DNA of 64,000 bases. It comes from Roseateles sp. GTDB taxonomy: Bacteria > Pseudomonadota > Gammaproteobacteria > Burkholderiales > Burkholderiaceae_C. The position numbers and the translations under genes were made by a program. Positions 54,677 through 64,000 of this stretch are shown here, one piece after another (position 1 is the stretch's first letter; each line of letters begins with the position of its first letter). The notes below the pieces were generated by a model that was not told where the DNA came from, did not search any database, and saw only the letters and a list, made by a program, of their open reading frames with translations. The DNA lies in assembly GCA_016790285.1 (NCBI GenBank), contig JAEUPJ010000064.1:312-64311 (forward strand). The letters are read 5' to 3'.

Positions 54677-55900
54677 TCAGGCGGCAAGCAGGCTGGCAAC
54701 GGTGCGCGCGATGACGACCGTGGCGCGCTGCAGGTCGGCCAGCACCAGGTGCTCGTCAGCGCGCTTGGCGTTGCTCTCCAGCACGGTGCGGGGGCCGGCA
54801 CCGTAGATGGCGGCCGGGATGCCGCGCGCGGTGTAGAGGCGGACGTCGGTGTACAGCGGCGTGCCCGACGTGGGCACGGGCTCGCCGAACACCTCGCTCG
54901 CGTGCTGCTGCAGCGCGGCCACGAGGGGCGCGGCGCCGGGCAGGGGCTTCATCGAGTGAGCCAGCAGCAGCCGCTTGATTTCCAGCCGGATGCCCGGGCA
55001 GGCCGCCACGGTGGATTCGATCAGCGTGCGCACCTCGGCCTCCACGGCCGCGGGGTCTTCCTCGGGGATCATGCGGCGGTCGAGCTTGAGCACCACCTTG
55101 CCGGGCACGACATTGGTGTTGCTGCCGCCCTCGATGCGGCCCACGTTCAGGTAGGGGTGGGTGATGCCGGGCACCTGCGACAGCCGCGTGCGCAGCACGT
55201 CGTTGTGCGCGTACAGCGCCGTGAGCAGCCGGGTCGCGGCCTGCAGCGCGTCCACGCCGGTGTGCGGGTAGGCGGCGTGCGAGGCCAGGCCGTGCAGGGT
55301 CACTTCCATCTGCAGGCAGCCGTTGTGCGCGGTGACGACCTGGTAGCTGAAGCCGGCGGCAATGAGGAAGTCGGGCTGGGTGAGCCCCTGCGCCAGCAGC
55401 CAGCCGGGGCCGAGTTCGCCGCCGAACTCCTCGTCGTAGGTGAAGTGCAGCTCCACCGCGCCCTTGAGCGGCAGGCCGGACTGCTTGAGCGCCAGCAGCG
55501 CGAAGGTGTAGGTGGCGAAGTCGCTCTTGCTCACGGCTGACGCGCGGCCGTAGAGCTTGCCGCCTGCGATCTCTGCGCCATAGGGGTCGTGCGTCCAGCC
55601 TTCGCCGGGCGGCACGACGTCCCCGTGCGCATTCAGCGCGATCGTCGGGCCGTCGTCGCTGAAGCGGTGGCGCACGATGAGGTTGGTGATGGACTGCATG
55701 CCGGCGGCCTGCACGTCGGCCGCGGGCACGGCGTGCCGCTCCACCGTGAAGCCGAGTTCCGTGAGCAGCTCGGCCGTGCGCTCGGCATGGGGCGCGTTGT
55801 TGCCGGGCGGGGTGTCGGTGGGGATGCGGACGAGGGCCTGCAGGAAGCGGACTTCGTCTTCGAAGTGCTCGGCAACCCAGCGGTTCAGGGGCTCAGACAT
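54677..55900 (-). CDS. M20 family metallohydrolase (ArgE/DapE/ACY1-type deacylase)
   Basis: LVRIPTDTPPGNN, LNAHGDVVPPGEGWTHDPYG and YDEEFGG. It overlaps the upstream gene by 8 nt. Confidence 0.8.
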   Translation of the reverse strand: MSEPLNRWVAEHFEDEVRFLQALVRIPTDTPPGNNAPHAERTAELLTELGFTVERHAVPAADVQAAGMQSITNLIVRHRFSDDGPTIALNAHGDVVPPGEGWTHDPYGAEIAGGKLYGRASAVSKSDFATYTFALLALKQSGLPLKGAVELHFTYDEEFGGELGPGWLLAQGLTQPDFLIAAGFSYQVVTAHNGCLQMEVTLHGLASHAAYPHTGVDALQAATRLLTALYAHNDVLRTRLSQVPGITHPYLNVGRIEGGSNTNVVPGKVVLKLDRRMIPEEDPAAVEAEVRTLIESTVAACPGIRLEIKRLLLAHSMKPLPGAAPLVAALQQHASEVFGEPVPTSGTPLYTDVRLYTARGIPAAIYGAGPRTVLESNAKRADEHLVLADLQRATVVIARTVASLLAA

Positions 55901-57671
55901 GGAGGTTCTCGATCAGATTCAGGAAGGCTGCGACCGCCAGTTCGGCGTCATCCGCCGTCACCGACTCCAGCGGGTTGTGGCTGATGCCGCCGTTGCCGCC
56001 GCGCACGAAGAGCATGGCCTGCGGCAGCAGCTCGTGCATCTTCATCGCGTCGTGCCCCGCGCCCGAGGGCAGGCGGTGCAGGGGCAGGCCCAGTGCCGTG
56101 ACCGCAGCTTCCCAGCGTGCCTGCCAGTCCGGGTCGCTCGGCGCGGCATTGGCGGCCATGGTGGGTTGCAGCGTGAAGGCGAGGCCGCGGCGCTGGCAGA
56201 TCTCGTCCAGCCGGGCGCGCACGTCGGCGTCCAGTGCGTCGCGGGCCTCGTCGGTCGTCGCGCGCAGGTCCAGGCTGAACCTGCACCGGCCGGGGATGAC
56301 GTTGATGGAGCCCGACGGCACCTCCAGCATGCCCACGGTGGCCACCACGTCGGGCACGGCCGAGGCGCGTTGCTCGCAAAAGAGGATGAGCTCGGCCACG
56401 CCCGCGGCCGCGTCGCGCCGCTGGCCCATGGGCGTGGTGCCGGCGTGGCTGGCCAGGCCGACGATCTCGCCCGTGTAGCGTCGGCTGCCGTTGATGCTCG
56501 TGACGATGCCCAGGGGCAGGTCCAGGCTGTCCAGCACGGGCCCCTGCTCGATGTGGGCTTCCACGAAGCCGAGGTAGCGGCTGCGGTCGCGCTTGAGCGC
56601 CATGATGCCGGCCACCTTGCCCGGCAGGCCGGCGCGCTGCATGGCCTCGCGCAGGCTCACGCCGTGGGCGTCGGTCTGGTCGAGCCAGGCGGGGTCGAAG
56701 GCGCCGGTCAGGGCGCTGGACGCGAGGAAGGTGGCGGCGTAGCGCTGGCCCTCTTCCTCTGAAAAGCCCACCACCTCCACCGCGAAGGGCAGGCGACGGC
56801 CGGCGCGGAACAGCTCGCGCACGGCCAGCATGGGCACGAAGATGCCCAGCCGCCCGTCGAAGCGGCCGGCGCGACGCACCGTGTCGAAGTGGCTGCCGGT
56901 GAGCAGGCGCTGCTCGCCCGTGCCGCGGTACACGCCCACGACGTTGCCCACGGCGTCACGGCCCACGTCGTCGAAGCCGCAGTGGCGCATCCAGGCCATC
57001 AGCTGCTCGGCCACCGCGGTGTGGGCGGGCGTGGCGTAGGTGCAGGTGAGGAACTCGGGGTCGTCGCTGTGGCGGGCCAGCTCGGCAGCCCAGTCCCAGA
57101 GCTGCTGGCCCAGGCGGGGCTCGGCACCGAACTTGTCGTTCAGGCGGATCTCGGCGATGCGGTGGATCTGGCGCAGGCACTCGGCCCGCTCCACGTCGGG
57201 GTGGGCGCGCAGACGGCGCTCGAAGGTCGCGATGATCTCCTGCCGGGTGAAGCCCGTGCCCCGCGGGCCGCGCACGGCCAGGATGAAGGGGAAGCCGAAA
57301 CGCGTGTTGTAGGCCGCGTTGAGCTGCTGCAGCTTCGCGAACTCCTCGGGTGTGCAGGCGGTCAGGCCCGCCTTCTGCTGCTCGTTCGTGGACTCGGCCG
57401 TCAGCTCACCCGCCACCGCAGCCTTGCCGGCCAGCTCCGGGTGGGCGCGGATGAGGCCGAGCTGCTCGTCCACGCTGGCCTGGCGCACCACCCGGGCCAG
57501 CTCGACCTTCAGTGCCGCGAGCGACGCGAAAGGCCGTGCCGCGGCGGCGCGCTCGGCGATCCAGGGCGAGTGTTCGTAGGTGCCGTCCAGCAGGGCGACG
57601 AAGTCGGCCGTGGAGGCCGTGTTCAGTTGGTCCAAAAAATGCACTCTGACCCCATTTTCATGGTCGTTCAT
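55893..57671 (-). CDS. fusion protein: OHCU decarboxylase (UraD) N-domain + allantoate amidohydrolase-type (M20/AllC) C-domain
   Basis: The N-terminal part has LLDGTYEHSPWIAERA, IRAHPELAG, STNEQQKAGL and FGFPFILAVRG (UraD). The C-terminal part has GNVVGVY, LLTGSHFDTV..GRFDG.LG and SGAGHDAM (amidase, hydantoinase/carbamoylase family). Confidence 0.8.
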   Translation of the reverse strand: MNDHENGVRVHFLDQLNTASTADFVALLDGTYEHSPWIAERAAAARPFASLAALKVELARVVRQASVDEQLGLIRAHPELAGKAAVAGELTAESTNEQQKAGLTACTPEEFAKLQQLNAAYNTRFGFPFILAVRGPRGTGFTRQEIIATFERRLRAHPDVERAECLRQIHRIAEIRLNDKFGAEPRLGQQLWDWAAELARHSDDPEFLTCTYATPAHTAVAEQLMAWMRHCGFDDVGRDAVGNVVGVYRGTGEQRLLTGSHFDTVRRAGRFDGRLGIFVPMLAVRELFRAGRRLPFAVEVVGFSEEEGQRYAATFLASSALTGAFDPAWLDQTDAHGVSLREAMQRAGLPGKVAGIMALKRDRSRYLGFVEAHIEQGPVLDSLDLPLGIVTSINGSRRYTGEIVGLASHAGTTPMGQRRDAAAGVAELILFCEQRASAVPDVVATVGMLEVPSGSINVIPGRCRFSLDLRATTDEARDALDADVRARLDEICQRRGLAFTLQPTMAANAAPSDPDWQARWEAAVTALGLPLHRLPSGAGHDAMKMHELLPQAMLFVRGGNGGISHNPLESVTADDAELAVAAFLNLIENLHV

Positions 57672-58624
57672 TCCCACACGAAGGCGGTGCGGGCGTCGAA
57701 GGGATGGGTGGCTTTCCAGTGGCGGGCGATGTCCAGGCGGCGGCACACCCACACGTGGTCGTGAGCCTCGAGGTGGTCGAGGAACTTCTGCAGCGCGCGC
57801 ATCCGCCCCGGGCGGCCGAGCAGGCGGCAGTGCATGCCGATGCTCATCATCTTCGGGCTTTCGGCACCTTCGGCGTAGAGCACGTCGAAGCTGTCCTTCA
57901 GGTACTCGAAGAAGGGCTCGCCATGGCTGAAGCCCTGGGGCAGGGCGAAGCGCATGTCATTGCAGTCCAGCGTGTAGGGAACGACGAGATGGGGTGCGAG
58001 GCTGCCGTCGGTCTTCCTGACCTGCAGCCAGAAGGGCAGGTCGTCGCCGTAGTAGTCGCTGTCGTACTCGAAACCGCCGAAGTCGGCCACGAGACGCCGG
58101 GTGTTGGGGCTGTCGCGGCCGGTGTACCAGCCCAGGCCGTGCGGGTCGCGGCCGAGGGTCAGGCGCTGCAGGCTCGCCATGGCCTGGGCCATGTGGGCGC
58201 GCTCGGTGCCTTCGTCCATGCCCTGGTAGTGGATCCAGCGCCAGCCGTGCGAGGCGATCTCGTGGTTGAGTTCCACGAAGGCCTGCGTCACGTCCGGGTG
58301 GCGCTCCAGCGCCATGCCCACGCCGAAGACGGTGAGCGGCAGCGCGCGCTGCTCGAACTCCTTGAGCAGGCGCCACACGCCCACGCGCGAGCCGTACTCG
58401 TAGATGCCTTCCATGCTCAGGTGCCGCGCCGGGTAGCTGGCCGGGTTGAACATCTCCGACAGGAACTGCTCGCTGCCGGCATCGCCATGCAGCACCGAGT
58501 TCTCGCCGCCTTCCTCGTAGTTCAGCACGAACTGCACCGCCACCCGCGCGCCGCCGGGCCACTGCGCATGTGGTGGGTTTTCGCCGTAGCCGATCAGGTC
58601 GCGGGGATAACGGGGTGTGCTCAT
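57668..58624 (-). CDS. puuE: allantoinase PuuE (polysaccharide-deacetylase fold)
   Basis: YPRDLIGYG..PPHAQWPGGARVAVQFVLNYEEGGE, HGWRWIHY, and the C-terminal RRLDIARHW. An ATGA overlap with the downstream gene is present. Confidence 0.9.
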   Translation of the reverse strand: MSTPRYPRDLIGYGENPPHAQWPGGARVAVQFVLNYEEGGENSVLHGDAGSEQFLSEMFNPASYPARHLSMEGIYEYGSRVGVWRLLKEFEQRALPLTVFGVGMALERHPDVTQAFVELNHEIASHGWRWIHYQGMDEGTERAHMAQAMASLQRLTLGRDPHGLGWYTGRDSPNTRRLVADFGGFEYDSDYYGDDLPFWLQVRKTDGSLAPHLVVPYTLDCNDMRFALPQGFSHGEPFFEYLKDSFDVLYAEGAESPKMMSIGMHCRLLGRPGRMRALQKFLDHLEAHDHVWVCRRLDIARHWKATHPFDARTAFVWE

Positions 58625-58656
58625 CCCTACACTTTGCACCAAGGAATGGAACTCTC

Positions 58657-59010
58657 ATGGGCAAACTGACAACACATGTGCTGGACACCGCCAACGGCTG
58701 CCCGGCAGCCGGCATGGCCGTGCGCCTTTACCGCGTCGACGCCGAAGGCCCAAAGTGGCTGCGCACCCTGCAGCTGAACGCCGACGGCCGCGCCGACGGC
58801 CCGGTGCTGGAGGGCGCGGCCTTCACCGCGGGGCGGTACCGCCTCGTCTTCGAGGTTGCCGCCTACTTCCGCGCTCGCGGCGAGACGCTCCCGGAGCCCG
58901 CTTTCCTGGACGAGGTGCCGCTGGACTTCGGCATCGCCGACCCCGACAGCCACTACCACGTGCCCCTGCTGGCCTCGGCCTGGGCCTACTCCACCTACCG
59001 TGGCAGCTGA
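58657..59010 (+). CDS. uraH: 5-hydroxyisourate hydrolase
   Basis: MGKLTTHVLDTANGCPAAG...HYHVPLL.S.W.YSTYRGS is the transthyretin-like HIUase signature. Confidence 0.9.
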   Translation: MGKLTTHVLDTANGCPAAGMAVRLYRVDAEGPKWLRTLQLNADGRADGPVLEGAAFTAGRYRLVFEVAAYFRARGETLPEPAFLDEVPLDFGIADPDSHYHVPLLASAWAYSTYRGS

Positions 59011-59803
59011 AGCGCCCCTCGTCCTCGTCACGGTCGTCCGCGCCGAAGGCAGCGTGCCGCGCGAGGTGGGCGCGTGGATGGCGGTGCGTGCCGACGGCCT
59101 CACCGGCACCGTCGGCGGCGGCCATCTGGAGTTCGACGCCATTGCCCGCGCCCGGGCCGCGCTGGCCGGGGGCGAGCTGGCCGACGAGGTGCGCTACCCG
59201 CTCGGCCCGAGCCTGGGCCAGTGCTGCGGCGGCGTCGTGTGGCTGCGCTTCGAGCGCGTGGCAGCGGGTGAAGACGTGGCGGCGCGGCTGCCCCAGCCGT
59301 CACTGCGGCCGCTGGCCGTGTTCGGCGCCGGCCATGTGGGCGAGGTGCTGGCCCGGTTTGCCCGCGAGCTGCCGCTGGCCTTGCACTGGGTGGACAGCCG
59401 CGAGGGCCAGTTCCCGCCCGGGGCCCCGCCGCGCGGCTGGCAGCAGGAGGTCTGCAGCCCGCCGGCCGACGCCGTGCCCGACCTGGCACCCGGCTCGGCC
59501 GTGCTCGTCATGACCCACAACCACGCCGAGGACTTCGAGATCATTACCGCCTGCCTGCGCCGCCAGCGCGAGCGCGGCGACCTGGCCTTCATCGGCATGA
59601 TCGGCAGCCGCACCAAGTGGGCGAGCTTCCGTCAGCGGCTGCAAGCCCGCGGCTTCACCGAGGCGGACCTGGCCCGCGTCACCTGCCCCATCGGCGTGCC
59701 TGGCGTGGCCGGCAAGCAGCCCGCCGTCATTGCCGTGGCCGTGCTGGCGCAGATGCTGGCGCTGCCGGCGCCGGTGCAGGCGCCGGTGCAGGAGGCGGGT
59801 TGA
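59000..59803 (+). CDS. xdhC: xanthine dehydrogenase accessory protein XdhC
   Basis: LVLVTVVRAEGSVPREVGAWM, GTVGGGHLE, LGPSLGQCCGG and FGAGHVG. I propose a GTG start at 59000, which overlaps the uraH end by 11 nt. No xdhA or xdhB gene is in the window. Confidence 0.7.
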   Translation: MAAEAPLVLVTVVRAEGSVPREVGAWMAVRADGLTGTVGGGHLEFDAIARARAALAGGELADEVRYPLGPSLGQCCGGVVWLRFERVAAGEDVAARLPQPSLRPLAVFGAGHVGEVLARFARELPLALHWVDSREGQFPPGAPPRGWQQEVCSPPADAVPDLAPGSAVLVMTHNHAEDFEIITACLRRQRERGDLAFIGMIGSRTKWASFRQRLQARGFTEADLARVTCPIGVPGVAGKQPAVIAVAVLAQMLALPAPVQAPVQEAG

Positions 59804-60584
59804 GCACCAGGCTGCGCCCGGGCTGGGCCTGCAGCCGCGCGTTGGGCGTGGCAATCTCGCGCTCGTAGTCGGTCCAGGCCTGCTGGATCTCGCCGCGCTC
59901 GCGCATGCCGCGCAGGGCCTGCTCCAGCGCGGGCACCCAGGCGGCGTGGGACTCGTGCACGCCGTGATAGAGCGTCGTGCGCGACAGCGGCGTGGGCACC
60001 ACGCAGATGGCGCCTTTGCGGGTCTCGACCGGCACCTCCACCATCCACGGCGTGCTGAGCGTGAGCGCGTAGTCGGCACTGCCGTTGGCCAGGCTCAGGA
60101 AGGCGTCTGCCGGCGTGTTCGACGGGATGCGGCCGGGCTCGGGCACCATGGCCTCGGCAGCGGCCATGCCGCGCTGCATGCTGACGCGGGCGTGCGCCAG
60201 CTCCTCGGCCGAGACGGTGCGCGGGCAGGGTGGGCGCGCGTAGGCGTACAGCTGCAGTTCCAGCAGCGGCACGTCCACCCGCCGAAGTTGCGGCACCTGG
60301 TCGAAGTAGGTCTGCGAACGCATCGCCACGGCGTCCAAGCGCCCGGCTCTCAGCTCGATGGTGGCGCGGGGCAACGGCAGCGGCAGGTACTCCACGTCCA
60401 GGTTGAGCGCGGCATACGCCCGGCGCAGCAGCGCCTCGGCCGGTGGGAAGTAGCTGCGCTCGACGTTGGTCGCGATGCGCACGGGTGCCGGCGGCGCCAT
60501 CTGGGCCTGCGCGCCCAGGGGCAGGCCCATCGCCCAGGCCAGAGGAATGAGCAGGCTAACCCGTCGGACGGTGTGCAGCGGCAT
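59727..60584 (-). CDS. periplasmic substrate-binding-like protein (family-3 SBP-like), low-complexity Pro/Ala tail
   Basis: Signal peptide (LLIPLAWAMGLPLGAQA), with a pattern ...LDVEYLPLPLPRATIELRAGRLDAV... The last ~25 codons (PPPAPAPAPAPAAPASAP) overlap the xdhC 3-prime end, so the true stop region is uncertain. Confidence 0.5.
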   Translation of the reverse strand: MPLHTVRRVSLLIPLAWAMGLPLGAQAQMAPPAPVRIATNVERSYFPPAEALLRRAYAALNLDVEYLPLPLPRATIELRAGRLDAVAMRSQTYFDQVPQLRRVDVPLLELQLYAYARPPCPRTVSAEELAHARVSMQRGMAAAEAMVPEPGRIPSNTPADAFLSLANGSADYALTLSTPWMVEVPVETRKGAICVVPTPLSRTTLYHGVHESHAAWVPALEQALRGMRERGEIQQAWTDYEREIATPNARLQAQPGRSLVLNPPPAPAPAPAPAAPASAPARPRQ

Positions 60585-60765
60585 GGCCCGCATTCTGAGG
60601 CGTCGCGGCGCTGGGTGCCCATGGCGCAAATCACAGTGGCCGCCGGGTCTGTGGCTTGCCTACACTCCGTGCCGTCGCCGCGGTGTCGGGCTCGCCAGCC
60701 CGTGGACGCGACCCCTGGGCCCCACAGCACCCGCCGTGGTGGTGGCCATCGTGAACCGCTGCCCC

Positions 60766-62030
60766 ATGGACATCTACCTGCTCGACTGGGCCAACCTGCT
60801 GCTGCGCTGGTTGCACGTCATCACCGTCATCGCCTGGATCGGCGCCTCCTTCTACTTCGTCTGGCTCGACAACCACCTCGTCAAGCCCACCGCCGACGAC
60901 CTGAAGGCCAAGGGCGTGGACGGCGAACTCTGGGCCGTGCATGGCGGGGGCTTCTACAACCCGCAGAAGTACATGGTGGCGCCGTCCAACCTTCCGCTCG
61001 CGGAAGAGACGGGCCGTTCCCTAGCTTCCGCGACCCCCTCGGGGGGCGGAGCGCCGCACAGCGGCGCGACTGGGGGCGCCGTGACGCTGCACTGGTTCTA
61101 CTGGGAAAGCTACTGGACGTGGATGAGCGGTTTCGCGCTCTTCGTGGTGCTCTACCTGTTCAACGCCAGCCAGATGCTGATCGACACCCGCGTGTACGCC
61201 TGGGGCGCGCCCTGGCAGGCGGTGCTCGCCGCGCTGGGCTTCCTGCTCGTGGGCACGGCGGTGTACGACATCGCCTGCCAGACGCTGGGGCGCACGCGCG
61301 ATGGCGGCATCGGCAACGATGGCCGCGTGATGGCGGTCGTGGCGGTGTTCGTGGTGGCGGCCACGTGGCTGGCCTGCCAGCTGTTCGCCGGGCGTGCCGC
61401 CTTCCTGCTCATCGGCGCGACGCTCGCGACCATGATGACGGCCAACGTGGCGCACTGGATCATCCCGGGCCAGAAAAAGGTCATCGCCCAGATGCGTGCG
61501 GGCCAGAAGCCCGACCCCATCCATGGCCAGCGCGGCAAGCAGCGCAGCGTGCACAACACCTACTTCGGCCTGCCGGTGCTGATCGCCATGCTGAGCAACC
61601 ACTACGGCATGCTGCACCAGCACCCGCACAACTGGGTGGTGCTGTGCGTGCTGATGGCCGCGGGTGTCGCCATCCGCATCTTCTTCGTGAAGCGCCACAA
61701 GGGCGTCAACAGCTGGGGGGCAGTCGCGCTGGCCCTGGCGCTGCTGGCCGGGCTCATCGTGTGGATGGCGCCCAAGCCAGTGCCCGCGACCACTGCGGCC
61801 GAGCCGGTCACGCTCGCTCAGGTGCAGGCCATTGCCGCCCAGCGCTGCCTGGCCTGCCATGCCGGTGAGGCGGCGCAGAAGGGCGTGCGGCTGGACAGCG
61901 AAGCCGGCCTCGTCGCCCACAAGGCGCAGGTCTACCAGCAGGTCGTCGTGCAGCGCGCCATGCCGCTGAACAACGCCACCGGCCTGACCGAAGACGAGCG
62001 CGCCCTCATCGGCCGCTGGTCACTGCAGCC

Positions 62031-62034
<4 letters not shown>
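60766..62034 (+). CDS. puuD: membrane urate hydroxylase PuuD (DUF989 domain + C-terminal cytochrome c)
   Basis: LLRWLHVITVIAWIGASFYFVWLDN, GELWAVHGGGFY and LHWFYWESYWTWMSGF, plus the C-terminal heme motif CLACH. Confidence 0.85.
60991..61080. repeat. palindrome-rich segment inside puuD (candidate in-frame REP-like insertion)
   Basis: Three palindromes are visible: CTTCCGC-TC-GCGGAAG (60991-61006), CCCCCTCGGGGG (61034-61045) and GCGCCGC-ACA-GCGGCGC (61051-61067). The segment encodes the low-complexity stretch ...AEETGRSLASATPSGGGAPHSGATGGAV... Confidence 0.35.
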
Positions 62035-63320
<1,286 letters not shown>

Positions 63321-63396
63321 GGCGGGTGAAGTGCGTGGCGTGTCGGCGGACGCGCGCCTAGACTGCCCCGGTCGTCATCGCCTCGGAGATCGGAAG

Positions 63397-64000
63397 ATGA
63401 ATGCAGCCGCGGAACGTTTCTTCGTCAGGCACAACGCCCTGCCGACCATGCCCGAAGTGGCCTCGCGGCTGCTCAAGAGCTTCGACGACGACAACGTCGG
63501 CCTGGCGCAGGTGGCGGCCCTGATCGAGAAGGACTCGACGCTCTCCGCCAAGGTCCTGCGGCTGGCAAATACCGCGCACTACAGCCCGTCGCACCAGATC
63601 GCCACGGTGCTGGATGCCGCGCACGCGCTGGGCCTGGAGACGCTGCGCAACCTCACGCTCGCCGCCTGCCTGAGCGGCGCCTTCCCGGCCGTGAAGGGGC
63701 TGGATCGCGCCACGTTCTGGCGCCACAGCGTGGCCACCGCCACCTACGCCCGGATCCTGTCGCGCCAGCTGGGCGTGGACGCCGGCATGGCCGACACCGC
63801 CTACCTCGCCGGGCTCATGCTGCGCACCGGCCAGCTGCTGATGGCCATGGACGAGCCGCACCTCGTGGCCGACGTGGAGGCCCATGCCGCCGAACCCGGC
63901 AGCCGGTTCTCGCTGGAGGAGCACCGCTTCGGCTGCACGCATGCCGACGTGACGGCGTCGCTGGCCGCGCACTGGCACTTCCCGCATGCGCTCGTGGAGG
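63397..64000 (+). CDS. HDOD domain protein, N-terminal part (continues beyond the window)
   Basis: My own translation gives MNAAAERFFVRHNALPTMPEVASRLLKSFDDDNVGLAQVAALIEKDSTLSAKVLRLANTAHYSP...LGLETLRNL, a typical HDOD pattern. The frame is open to the window edge and is not in the ORF track. Confidence 0.75.
   Translation, partial: MNAAAERFFVRHNALPTMPEVASRLLKSFDDDNVGLAQVAALIEKDSTLSAKVLRLANTAHYSPSHQIATVLDAAHALGLETLRNLTLAACLSGAFPAVKGLDRATFWRHSVATATYARILSRQLGVDAGMADTAYLAGLMLRTGQLLMAMDEPHLVADVEAHAAEPGSRFSLEEHRFGCTHADVTASLAAHWHFPHALVE

Noticed and set aside
59730-61868. 712-aa plus-strand ORF covering the SBP-like gene and puuD out of frame
   Set aside because: It is out of frame with puuD, whose frame shows the DUF989 and CxxCH motifs. 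The product is Arg/Gly/Ala-rich with no motifs.

Overview
Very GC-rich chromosomal window whose gene content and order (petC-sspA-sspB, secA, argJ, many PEP-CTERM proteins) look beta-proteobacterial, probably Burkholderiales; the taxon is an inference. I found no rRNA, CRISPR array, transposase, integrase or phage gene. Layout: (1) 0-20 kb holds housekeeping genes (cytochrome c1 tail, sspAB, tRNA-Thr, DUF721, secA, argJ, prolyl oligopeptidase, GNATs, esterases) mixed with PEP-CTERM secreted proteins, one carrying thioester-domain-like Cys/Gln motifs. (2) 17-30 kb holds a TPR/membrane/LytS-LytTR cluster, an RRM RNA-binding protein, PhoD flanked by PEP-CTERM proteins, a MalT-like LuxR regulator, and a hemerythrin plus c-type cytochrome group. 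(3) 30.1-43.6 kb is the most unusual part. Five same-strand paralogous hybrid sensor kinase/receiver genes of about 855 aa each fall into two subfamilies arranged A-B-A-B-A. Their periplasmic helical sensor domains have diverged while the kinase cores are conserved, and no Hpt or output regulator lies in the window. (4) 44.1-51.8 kb is a copper-acquisition-type cluster (DUF2946, two TonB-dependent receptors, YcnI, PepSY, PCuAC). (5) 51.9-54.7 kb is a three-gene operon of unknown function. (6) 54.7-63.3 kb is a urate/allantoin catabolism cluster (puuD, uraH, uraD-allC fusion, puuE, xdhC, glycerate kinase) with an apparent palindrome-rich in-frame insertion in puuD. (7) A partial HDOD gene sits at the right edge. 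Many long antisense or out-of-frame ORFs in the track are GC-driven shadow ORFs and were rejected. All calls come from reading translated motifs by eye; no database search was run.
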